Below, piece by piece: positions 1 through 8,070 of a stretch of DNA of 64,000 nucleotides. Origin of the DNA: a virus. Taxonomy: Duplodnaviria; Caudoviricetes. The translations under genes were made by a program, and so were the position numbers. The stretch is taken from positions 1-64,000 of IMG/VR virus record IMGVR_UViG_3300020577_008610. One strand, 5' to 3'. Each line of letters begins with the position of its first letter. Within the stretch, counting starts at the first letter, position 1. Below the pieces are notes generated by a model, which did no database searches, was not told the origin of the DNA, and worked only from the letters and a program-made list of their open reading frames with translations.

Positions 1-188
1 GTATTGCGAAAGCCAATACGTTCATCAAACAGGGCATGCAAAGCCACATCCACATCCTCTAACTCACATGGAGGAATTGCAAAATCAGAGGGGGAAGAAC
101 CTTCATAGCCAGAAGGGAGATGATCTACAGGACTTCTCTCATCTCTTTGGATGTCAAACCGAGTGCTGTTTGGCTTAGGGTCCACCAT
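1..188 (-). CDS. Virion protein, probably tail terminator (T4 gp15-like); runs off the window start
   Basis: Hand translation from ATG at 188: MVDPKPNSTRFDIQRDERSPVDHLPSGYEGSSPSDFAIPPCELEDVDVALHALFDERIGF, open to position 1. CTACTTA late motif at 194-200. Lies downstream of the neck genes. Confidence 0.45.
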   Translation of the reverse strand, partial: MVDPKPNSTRFDIQRDERSPVDHLPSGYEGSSPSDFAIPPCELEDVDVALHALFDERIGFRN

Positions 189-213
189 GTGGTTAAGTAG
201 ACACTCTCAAACT

Positions 214-852
214 TCAGGCTCCGTAATCCAACAAAACCACCCTCTGATCTGCTGTTTTGCCCCAATGCTCCAGATTGGTCAAGTCATTGATATTCAGCCT
301 AATTTCTGACCTACAAAGCAAAGCTGACATCTCCTGGAATCATGGCTTCAAGAAGAACACATCCAGGTTCTTCCCCATGGAGGCATACGGTTCCTGCTTG
401 AACTTGGAGAACTTCGCCTTCATCACCTCCTGAGTTTGCTCAGGGTCATGAAGCTTCTGGTTCTCGGCTAAGAACATGGCAACCACGACCCATGGGAGCC
501 CCGTGAGGGCTTCAAAGTCTTCCTCCGAGGAGAGAGGACGTACCAACTCAGAGACAAGCCAGGAGCCGTCCTGGGAGGCTTCAAAGAGACGGGCCACAAG
601 AGGTTGCAAGGAAGAGTCGAACACCTCTTTCTCCTTCCGGTTCTGCTCAACTCCTTGTTCGTTGGTGGCCAGCTTCAGGACCCGCTTGCTGTCCAGGAGA
701 TAGACGGCTCTTGAGGACCCTTCTCCCATTAGAAACAGTCCGGCATCCTCAACAGCTTGCCGCTTTTGCTCCAATGAAGCCAGGACATCCAGGGACTTGG
801 GGTTGAACTTGGATTCGTTGAGCCAGAAAAGGAAGGCTTCGGTGAGTCGCAT
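214..852 (-). pseudogene. Protein kinase-like gene interrupted by one in-frame TGA (340-342)
   Basis: N-lobe GEGSSRAVY, VLKLA and QNxxE in ORF 340..852. The same frame continues past TGA as FQEMSALLCRSEIRLNINDLTNLEHWGKTADQRVVLLDYGA* (catalytic-loop and DxG motifs). Paralogous to 4552..5235. Confidence 0.8.
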
Positions 853-856
853 ACCC

Positions 857-1030
857 CTAAATGCGAGTTCTCGTACGCTTTTTGGCAGCTTCAGACGGCT
901 TCTTGTGGTGCTCTTTTTTAGTGGACATCGAGCTTTAATTTCCTTGGCTTGACCGATATAGACTCAGCTGGTATGATTGTTGATAATCTTGCAGATGCTG
1001 AATTTGAACGACTGCTCATTGCAATTGAGC
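857..1030 (-). pseudogene. Degenerate GIY-YIG homing endonuclease remnant
   Basis: Minus-strand frame reads SICKIINNHTS*VYIGQAKEIKAR, a decayed GIYKI...VYIGQ...R motif with an internal stop. Confidence 0.6.
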
Positions 1031-1067
1031 AATATGACTACAGTACGAGACAGAGGGGACGTTTTAA

Positions 1068-1727
1068 CTACTCATCGTACAACTTGTTCGCCTTTAGGGT
1101 TGCATCCACATCAACCCTCCGAGGACCCTCTCCAAGAGCCACAGGAGGGTAGTCATCCCCGATACGCTCACGGACATCCCGAACGTCTCCTGTTGGCCCT
1201 TCCTCGGTCTCTGTGAGACCCCTCTGCTGCACAAATGGAGTTGGGGTGGGGTGTTGGTCGGTTTCAGGGCGGAAGAACTTCTTGGGGTCAAACTCTCCAG
1301 CACGAGCCAGCTTCCCGACGATTTTGAAACCGATATCATGCTCCACTTGACCAAAGAAGTTGTTGATGTTCACAGCCGAGACAATTTCGTATGCTTGCTC
1401 GCCATAAGTGAAAAAATCACCTTCGGAAACAACAATGCCCTTTTGGTCCAGGTCACGGGCTTGGATGAATACTTCCAGTTTGTTATCCTGCTCCGCTCCG
1501 AATTGGTCCATTTTGGTTTCCCAGTTTGGCTGACCAACAAGAGCGTCTACCCGAAGGGGATTCTCAAAAATCTTCTTGACAGCCTCGTTGTAGACCGGGT
1601 GTATTTTGGTCTTCAAGGTGCTCACAGGCCAATAGATGATTTGCTGCCCAATGATGTCTTTGATGACTTCCTTGGCAATATCGTTGAAGTAGTCTACCTC
1701 TCTCTGAGTAATGAACAGCCTTGCCAT
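1068..1727 (-). CDS. Neck/head-closure protein (T4 gp14-like)
   Basis: MARLFITQRE start with GAGGAGGGGGAG SD. Head-closure-like motifs (IIYW, EGDFFTYG..YEIVS). Directly downstream of the gp13-like gene. Confidence 0.65.
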   Translation of the reverse strand: MARLFITQREVDYFNDIAKEVIKDIIGQQIIYWPVSTLKTKIHPVYNEAVKKIFENPLRVDALVGQPNWETKMDQFGAEQDNKLEVFIQARDLDQKGIVVSEGDFFTYGEQAYEIVSAVNINNFFGQVEHDIGFKIVGKLARAGEFDPKKFFRPETDQHPTPTPFVQQRGLTETEEGPTGDVRDVRERIGDDYPPVALGEGPRRVDVDATLKANKLYDE

Positions 1728-1772
1728 CTCCCCCTCCTCTTGGTTATCTTCCACCCTGAGAATGATTCTCAA

Positions 1773-3026
1773 TTAGAACATCTTGATCGCATGGGTTGGA
1801 GGCATTGGAAGGAATGAGAGTTGCTTCATCAGGTTCTCTGCCTTAGCAGCTTCCATCTCAGCTAGCTTGTCGTAGGACAGGCTTTCCAGTTGGGCCTTTA
1901 AATCCTCTAGGAGCTGTTTCTGATCCTCTCTAGCCTCAGTAACAAGAGAAGCTCCATCCAGCTCAACCTCGGCTCCTGGGACTGGAATACGAGCAATCTT
2001 GCGGCGGATACGACCCATGATCTCAGTACAGAGAGCAAAGGTCATTCTGGCAATCCAATTCTTGGCCCACTGATTGAGTGTGGCATAATTCACCAAACCA
2101 AAGGGGATGTTAGCAGGGTTAGAAGCTCCATAAGCCAAACCGGAGTAGCCAGAAGCTCCAGCAGAACCACTCACGCCTCCGTAGGAACCGCTCATGTCGA
2201 TAAAGGGGCCTGTGGGATCAGCAGAAAAACCAACACGAATCCACACCTTGTCGTTCACGCCCGGAATAACAGAGGAAGGAACAGGGAACAACCGAATGTT
2301 TCTTCCCGAAATCTTGTAGTTGTAGTGGCTCCTTCTGACCTTGCCAGCCAGCTTGAGTTGTCCAGACCGGAGAACATCCTCGTACAGGGGGAGGACATGG
2401 AATCGGGTATCGGTATTGAAGGCACCCAGAGGAATACCCACACCTCCAATGTTTCCGAAATTGGAGCCAAAGGAGGAGTTGAAGAGATATTGAATGGGAG
2501 CGTAGTGGAAAACCTCAAATACTCTCATTTTCCCTCCAGAGCCAGAGAGCATAGAGTAGAGAGGATTGCCGTACTGGTCCTTCAGGTCTGTGAACAAGTC
2601 ATAGTCCTGTTTACCAACAACCATATCAATAGAACCAGAAAAGGAGTTTTGAGTAGAGCCGAAACCGATGATATTGGCATACGGTTCGGCCATTCTGTCA
2701 AGCCACTCCAGGTTGGGCATGACGTAGGTGTTGGTGAGGTTGATGGTATTCTGGTTGGTGTTGGGATTCCAGGAACCCGTGGGGACGCCGAGAAGGTTGG
2801 CAAGATTCGATTTGGCTTGATACTCAATCACCCAGCCATTGAACATGCGAGTTGCCTCTTCAAAGGCTCCCCAGATTTCCTTCTTTGTAAGCTCGGTGGA
2901 GAGAACATCTTCACCCAGCTTCCTCTTTACGTAAACCACCATGGAATCAGCATCTCGCTGAAAAGCAGGGTCCGAGTCATAAAGGCCAAATGGCGTTGGG
3001 TATGGAGTTTGATTGAAATTCGGCAT
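1773..3026 (-). CDS. Neck/head-tail adaptor protein (T4 gp13-like)
   Basis: YVKRKLG..VL..EL N-terminus and G.IR.K...IP.PG..V.LDG..L..EA C-terminus typical of gp13-like adaptors. Confidence 0.7.
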   Translation of the reverse strand: MPNFNQTPYPTPFGLYDSDPAFQRDADSMVVYVKRKLGEDVLSTELTKKEIWGAFEEATRMFNGWVIEYQAKSNLANLLGVPTGSWNPNTNQNTINLTNTYVMPNLEWLDRMAEPYANIIGFGSTQNSFSGSIDMVVGKQDYDLFTDLKDQYGNPLYSMLSGSGGKMRVFEVFHYAPIQYLFNSSFGSNFGNIGGVGIPLGAFNTDTRFHVLPLYEDVLRSGQLKLAGKVRRSHYNYKISGRNIRLFPVPSSVIPGVNDKVWIRVGFSADPTGPFIDMSGSYGGVSGSAGASGYSGLAYGASNPANIPFGLVNYATLNQWAKNWIARMTFALCTEIMGRIRRKIARIPVPGAEVELDGASLVTEAREDQKQLLEDLKAQLESLSYDKLAEMEAAKAENLMKQLSFLPMPPTHAIKMF

Positions 3027-3069
3027 GTTCCCACAGGGTAATTATGGGAATGCCTTGAAGGAAGGAACG

Positions 3070-3696
3070 TTATGTCTTCTTGCTGAAAGACTCTGCCATC
3101 ACGTCTTTGCCCTTGCGGACCATATCAGCGATGAACTTGGCCCAACGGACCATCTTGGGGTTTTCAGAAACCTCTGGCCCCAGGTCAGAGAGGATCTCCT
3201 CATCTGACTTGTCACCGTAGTACACCATGTTGGTAATCCGGTTGATGAGGTCCGGAAACATGGGCTCTCGGGTGTTGGCCTTCTTTCCACCAACCATAGA
3301 AATATCCGGTTCGTCGATGCCTTCCTTAGTAACCACACCCTTCATTCCTGCAATCTGGTTGGTAATTTTGGTGGTCAAGTCCGCTTTCTTCTTGAAATCG
3401 GGCTCCTTCGCAGCAGCCTGGAGGGCTTGGTTGATGTTCAGGTTTGTGCCTGGAATCATAACGTTGTTGGCCGGGTCGTCATTCCCTGGCTTTGAACCAA
3501 CGGAAGGCTTGGTTCCAGTTGTTCCGGTTGATGAAGAAGTACTCACGGTTGAAATGGAAGGAGATGAGCTGATTGTACCAGCCGTGGCTTCCTCCATGGC
3601 TTTGAACTCCTTCAGCATTTCCTCCTTGATAGCTTCCCGGATCATCTCCTTGACCATCTTGTGGAATGCTTCTAGACTTAACAATTGGGCAGTCAT
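3070..3696 (-). CDS. Hypothetical protein, likely head-packaged
   Basis: 208-aa ORF. N-terminal LEAFHKMVKEMIREAIKEE shared with the neighbouring ORF. Ser/Thr-rich linker. Confidence 0.6.
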   Translation of the reverse strand: MTAQLLSLEAFHKMVKEMIREAIKEEMLKEFKAMEEATAGTISSSPSISTVSTSSSTGTTGTKPSVGSKPGNDDPANNVMIPGTNLNINQALQAAAKEPDFKKKADLTTKITNQIAGMKGVVTKEGIDEPDISMVGGKKANTREPMFPDLINRITNMVYYGDKSDEEILSDLGPEVSENPKMVRWAKFIADMVRKGKDVMAESFSKKT

Positions 3697-3700
3697 GTTA

Positions 3701-4057
3701 CTACAGCATTTCTTTCAAAGCATCTACGGCTTGTTTTACTCTTCTGGGACTTGGCTGAAGAACGACATCATTGTCATTATAAGACAATGCCATGCTAACC
3801 AATTGATCTAATTTTTCATTCTCTAGCATCCTTCGAGCAACATCTTCGTACTCTGGTTCTGTAATAGCTTTAATAGCGGCGCTTTCACCACTATGACCTG
3901 CATCAACCAACTTTGCAATCTTGTAGGCAAGGTCCTCTTCCGTAACGCTTTTTTGCATCGGATTGAATGATTGAGTTATTTCTCGCTGCAATTCTTCCCT
4001 AATCATCTGGCGTACCAACTTGGTAAACGCTTCTACGCTCATGTATCGAGTTGCCAT
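3701..4057 (-). CDS. Hypothetical protein, paralogue of the flanking ORFs
   Basis: Likely start MATRYMSVEAF at 4057, just after the upstream stop. Shares EITQS...TEEDLAxKIA with 4059..4523. Confidence 0.6.
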   Translation of the reverse strand: MATRYMSVEAFTKLVRQMIREELQREITQSFNPMQKSVTEEDLAYKIAKLVDAGHSGESAAIKAITEPEYEDVARRMLENEKLDQLVSMALSYNDNDVVLQPSPRRVKQAVDALKEML

Positions 4058-4058
4058 G

Positions 4059-4523
4059 TTACTGCCCCTTCTTCTTTTCTGGAGTCCCACGCTTGGAGCT
4101 GGGCTGTTCTTTGTAGTGAGGCTCATCGCTTTTGTTAGCCATGTAATGAGCAATCTTCCGAGCCAAGTCCTCTTCAGTAGCACCCACAGAAACACCCATG
4201 AGTGACTGTGTAATTTCATCCAAAGCTTCCTTGTCGGAGAGTTGTTTGCCAGATGCAGCGGCCTGAGCCATCTTTTCTTTGCCGTACTTCTTCTTGCCGA
4301 TAGAGTAGGCAATGGCCTTGGCCGACTTCTCTGACTTACCCTGACCCTGGAGCTTCTTCACAAGGTTCTTGAAGCCAACATGCTTCTCGTAGAGAGTTTC
4401 CATGAGAGTAGTGTCGTCTTCCTCCATGGAGTAGAAGTCCTCTCCGTATTGAGAGAAACCGGCTTCGAGAAGCGTTTTCTTCACAACTTCTCGAATCAAC
4501 CCCTTTAGCTCCTTGGCCTTCAT
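4059..4523 (-). CDS. Hypothetical basic protein, likely head-packaged
   Basis: CTATTTA late motif and GAGGA SD. N-terminus ELKGLIREVVKKTLLE. Lys-rich central domain. Confidence 0.65.
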   Translation of the reverse strand: MKAKELKGLIREVVKKTLLEAGFSQYGEDFYSMEEDDTTLMETLYEKHVGFKNLVKKLQGQGKSEKSAKAIAYSIGKKKYGKEKMAQAAASGKQLSDKEALDEITQSLMGVSVGATEEDLARKIAHYMANKSDEPHYKEQPSSKRGTPEKKKGQ

Positions 4524-4551
4524 AACAGTCCTCTTCGGTAAATAGATGAAG

Positions 4552-5235
4552 TTACTTCATAGAGAAGCCGTAATCGACAAGGGCTAACCGTCCATCCTTC
4601 ATCCGTCCCCAATTATCGGGCTTGAAGTCCCTGGAGGAGACGTGGCAATTCTGGATGAGGCTCTTGAACTGCCGGAACCATTTGCTTGAGCGAATGGCTT
4701 GCTGGTATTGGTTGATGACTTCCTGGAGCTCAGGAGTTATTTCGGCGGACTTCAAGAAAGCAGGGAAGTTGGTAACGTTCATCATTTCGAAGAATTGCGG
4801 GTAGTTATCAACCGTCAGAGAAGTCCCGGCCTGCTTGTTGAACAGGTCCAAGAATCCTTCCTCAGCACCAACCGAGAAGTTCTCTGCCGCCCTTTCGACA
4901 ATGAGCCATTTTCCCTCGGGGTCACTTTCGTAGATCTGAGCAAAATTCTTCGAGCGTTGTAAACACTCAAATGCTTTGACTTCATTCACGTTTTGGACCC
5001 GACTGTCTGGCTTCCTGGCAATCTTGAGGGCCTGAAGGTCGTTAAGAGCAAACACAATCCGTGAAGATCCACGGCCAAGGAGAGGCAATCCGGAAGTCTG
5101 AGCATAGCTGACCATCTCCGCTTCGGTGCCAAGCTGTTTGAACCGGTCCAGGTCAAATCCTCCCTGGGACAGCTCCAATAGGGCTTTTTCCACCAAGGAT
5201 TCAACAAAGAGTTGGAGGCCGGCTACCTTCGTCAT
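4552..5235 (-). CDS. Protein kinase-like protein (intact)
   Basis: GRGSSRIVF glycine loop, ALKIA lysine, NVNE helix-C Glu, RDFKPDN catalytic loop and LVDYG. CTATTTA motif upstream. Confidence 0.8.
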   Translation of the reverse strand: MTKVAGLQLFVESLVEKALLELSQGGFDLDRFKQLGTEAEMVSYAQTSGLPLLGRGSSRIVFALNDLQALKIARKPDSRVQNVNEVKAFECLQRSKNFAQIYESDPEGKWLIVERAAENFSVGAEEGFLDLFNKQAGTSLTVDNYPQFFEMMNVTNFPAFLKSAEITPELQEVINQYQQAIRSSKWFRQFKSLIQNCHVSSRDFKPDNWGRMKDGRLALVDYGFSMK

Positions 5236-5259
5236 GAAGGTAAATAGAGGAAGGAGGGG

Positions 5260-6018
5260 CTATAAAATGTTCATATCCAAGATCTTGATATCCCACTGGT
5301 CAAGACGTTGGACAGAGGGAAGTTTCTCGATGTCGATCTCGGGAAGCTTGGGTGTAGGAGCCCCAGCCAGTGGATGGCCCTCTGGGAACACTTCACCGTC
5401 AGGCTTGGCATCCTTCTTGATCACCTTCACTTCAGTGATGAGCACAACGTGGGCCTCATTGGAAGGCATCGCTTCCACCTTTGCCACCTTAAAACGGTTG
5501 TTCAAAGTGCCAACCCACACTCCTCGGGTCATCGGAAGAACCTCTGTGGGTTCAACGAAGTCCCCTTTCTCATCGGTCTTGTAGTTGGGCTTATAGCCCA
5601 TACAGTGCTCCAGAATCGTCAGGACATCCGGACCTACCTCCAGCACACCAGGAGCCTGGAGATGCCTCTTGAACAGTGTGTTGGCTGCATCCACAATGAT
5701 CTCCGGAAGCGTCTCGTTCCACTCCCTGACAGTTCCAAAGAACCGAGGGCCAGGAGTCGGTCCTTCAACCTCTCTCTCCTGGAGGACTCGGACCACAGTT
5801 TTTGGCTTGGTGTCCAGTGTGGTCTCCGAAACCACAACCAACTCTTTCCTCTTGGTCACAGTGAGAGCTTCTTCCCCGGTTCGCTTGTTCACAAAACGAC
5901 CAGGAGTCCTTGACCAGAAGTAAACGTTGTCGTAAGTTGTCTTCTGTGAGGAAGAGGTGGGTTGGTTCTTTGCCTCTTGCTCAATTCGCTCAAAAAGGTT
6001 TGACATTTGGAATTCCAT
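5260..6018 (-). CDS. Truncated paralogue of the major capsid protein (C-terminal part only)
   Basis: YFWSRTPGRFVN, PGPRFFGTVREWNETL, PDVLTILEH..GYKP and VGTLNNRF align with the capsid's LYWSRAPGRIVN, PGPQFFGNVREWYETL, PDVATILEH..AYKP and IGTLNSRY. Start uncertain (6018 or 6006). Confidence 0.8.
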   Translation of the reverse strand: MEFQMSNLFERIEQEAKNQPTSSSQKTTYDNVYFWSRTPGRFVNKRTGEEALTVTKRKELVVVSETTLDTKPKTVVRVLQEREVEGPTPGPRFFGTVREWNETLPEIIVDAANTLFKRHLQAPGVLEVGPDVLTILEHCMGYKPNYKTDEKGDFVEPTEVLPMTRGVWVGTLNNRFKVAKVEAMPSNEAHVVLITEVKVIKKDAKPDGEVFPEGHPLAGAPTPKLPEIDIEKLPSVQRLDQWDIKILDMNIL

Positions 6019-6049
6019 GTAAAGGAGTTTGACACACGGAGCCCCAAAT

Positions 6050-6095
6050 GACAAACCCCCCAGAACCGAAGCTCTGAGGGTTGTCGTTTTGTCAG
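6050..6095 (-). terminator. Stem-loop with C(UUCG)G tetraloop downstream of the capsid gene (probable terminator or processing site)
   Basis: GACAACCCTCAGAGC-TTCG-GTTCTGGGGGGTTTGTC. The U-tract is weak. Confidence 0.6.
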
Positions 6096-6121
6096 ACTGC
6101 TGTCCCTTGACAGAGACTTCC

Positions 6122-8035
6122 TTAGATCAGGGACATGTCAAGGACGGTCACGGTTGCGTAGAAGTCAGCACGGACCATTTTCTTGCCATACCGAGTCATC
6201 ACGCCCTTGCGAGGAGTGAAGTCTTCCTGGGCGTAGATAACAGGAGTCAAGATCAGAGGCACGTATGGTGCGTAGATGTATCCAGACTCAAGGAAAGTGT
6301 TACCCTTTAGGCCAATTAGAATCTTGTTGGCTGGGAAGTACGGATCCTTGTAAACCACGTAGCGGCTGTTTAGGGTTCCAATAGCTTCTGCACCGATAGT
6401 CATGCTATCCTTGACCTGACCGTCGCTGTCTACCTTATAAGATGGCTTGTAGGCCACAAGGTGCTCCAGGATGGTTGCCACGTCTGGCGAGGTCACCATG
6501 AAGTTTCCGCTTCCACGGAGGGTCTTCTTGTGGATGGTGTTCGCAGCAGTCGTGATAGTCTCCATCAACGTCTCGTACCATTCACGCACATTTCCGAAGA
6601 ATTGTGGTCCCGGAGCGAGGACGTTGTTGTGAAGAGCTTCCTGGCCAGTGAACATGTTCACGATACGGCCGGGAGCACGAGACCAGTAAAGATTTGCTGC
6701 ACTTGCCTGGGTCAGCAGGTCGTTCAGAATCTCACGGTCAATGTCCAAGGTTATCATCTCAGATAGGATGTTGGTCAGTTCCACTTCCACATCAATGGAG
6801 TAGAAAGCTGTCAAATCCTGTGCCATTTCTGGAGACCAGCGAGCACGCAGCTTGCGGGTCGTTGCAGTAACAGCAACCGAGTCAATCTTGATGTCCACTT
6901 CTGGAATCTTTGGAGATGAGTCGATTGCAAAATCGGTCTCAAACGATGGGATCGTTAGAGTTGAACCTTCGGCACCAACCGACAAGGCATCAGAGATTGC
7001 AGCCGAACCAGTGATCGCTGTAGAAGCAGTTCCAGCAGGCTGTGGAGCCGTACCAGCGTTTGCAACACGGAGCACAAACATCACGTGAGTTCCGCCAAGT
7101 GGGTTCGGGGTGAAGATACCAGTTGTCCAGTTCCAATCACCACGCTTGTTCAGCTTCCGCAGGTTCAACACATTCAGTCCACCTTGGAAGTTCTCACCCC
7201 AAGCTGCAACCGAGTTGGCTGCTGAACCAAAGCCACCGATTTCGAGTTGGTCAACGTTGGTTAGGTCAGTCCCTGCAATCTTCGACGTGAATTCCGAAGC
7301 TGAAACCATCATGAAACAGTAGTCGAATTCACCGCTGGTCACGCCGTTCTCTACTCCGGAGTCAAACCCAGCAAACCGAGCATTGTATCCAAGGAAGTCA
7401 GCCGAGGTCTTTACCGTTGCTGCAGAACCAGTGGTCCAGACACTTCCCGAGAGCCAATAGCCCACAGAATCGGTAGAGCCAGCAAGGTTCGAGGCACCCT
7501 TGTGCACTTTCGAAAACCCAGTACCAACAAGGTCGTACTGTCCACCAGTTGCCAGAGAGCCGGAACGGATTGCGTTGCCGGTTGGCAGGTTGTACACAGA
7601 CGAACCACGCTTGTAGGTTGCATGTGTTGCCGAGTTGCTCAGAGAGAGACCAGCATCACCACCAACGTTCGAACCATAGGTATAATCCAGGTAAAAGAGC
7701 AGTCCCGAAGGAAGGCTCATTGGCTGGACCGACACGATTTCGTTGGCCACAAGACCAGCGAACACACGGCGAACAATTGGGAAGGCCACGTTGCTGAATC
7801 CAGCAATTTGACCCGAAGAAGTCAAAGAGGCACCACCGAGAGACAGAGAGTTCGACTCTTGAATCAATTGTGCGGTCTGGTTCTCAAGCAGCCGTGCCAT
7901 TGTCTCCTTTTGCATGCCATTCATGCCTTCCAAAAGCCCCGTAGCGGACCACTTGGACAGGAGCCGAGGAGAATCGGCGCCAAGGCTCCGGCGATTTACG
8001 CCTTCGGCCAATTGTGAAAGAGTGAAAGTATTCAT
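6122..8035 (-). CDS. Major capsid protein (T4 gp23-like)
   Basis: KW..TGLLEG, LLENQ, FPIVRRVF, VSVQPMSLPSGLLFYLD, TRKLRARWSPEMAQDL, YAPYVPL and FTPRKGVMTRYG. Large Gly/Ser-rich insertion. Confidence 0.95.
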   Translation of the reverse strand: MNTFTLSQLAEGVNRRSLGADSPRLLSKWSATGLLEGMNGMQKETMARLLENQTAQLIQESNSLSLGGASLTSSGQIAGFSNVAFPIVRRVFAGLVANEIVSVQPMSLPSGLLFYLDYTYGSNVGGDAGLSLSNSATHATYKRGSSVYNLPTGNAIRSGSLATGGQYDLVGTGFSKVHKGASNLAGSTDSVGYWLSGSVWTTGSAATVKTSADFLGYNARFAGFDSGVENGVTSGEFDYCFMMVSASEFTSKIAGTDLTNVDQLEIGGFGSAANSVAAWGENFQGGLNVLNLRKLNKRGDWNWTTGIFTPNPLGGTHVMFVLRVANAGTAPQPAGTASTAITGSAAISDALSVGAEGSTLTIPSFETDFAIDSSPKIPEVDIKIDSVAVTATTRKLRARWSPEMAQDLTAFYSIDVEVELTNILSEMITLDIDREILNDLLTQASAANLYWSRAPGRIVNMFTGQEALHNNVLAPGPQFFGNVREWYETLMETITTAANTIHKKTLRGSGNFMVTSPDVATILEHLVAYKPSYKVDSDGQVKDSMTIGAEAIGTLNSRYVVYKDPYFPANKILIGLKGNTFLESGYIYAPYVPLILTPVIYAQEDFTPRKGVMTRYGKKMVRADFYATVTVLDMSLI

Positions 8036-8070
8036 CGAAATTCTCCGATATCCTTTTTTGGTAAGTAGAG

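Noticed and set aside
295-342. SECIS-like TTGTAGGTC downstream of the kinase TGA
   Set aside because: No pairing stem, and the aligned residue in the paralogue is Trp, not Cys.
214-1030. Genome-wide TGA recoding suggested by two nearby in-frame TGAs
   Set aside because: Long genes are intact in the standard code, several end at TGA at the expected position (for example 38237 and 58420), and the second TGA is in a clearly decayed remnant.
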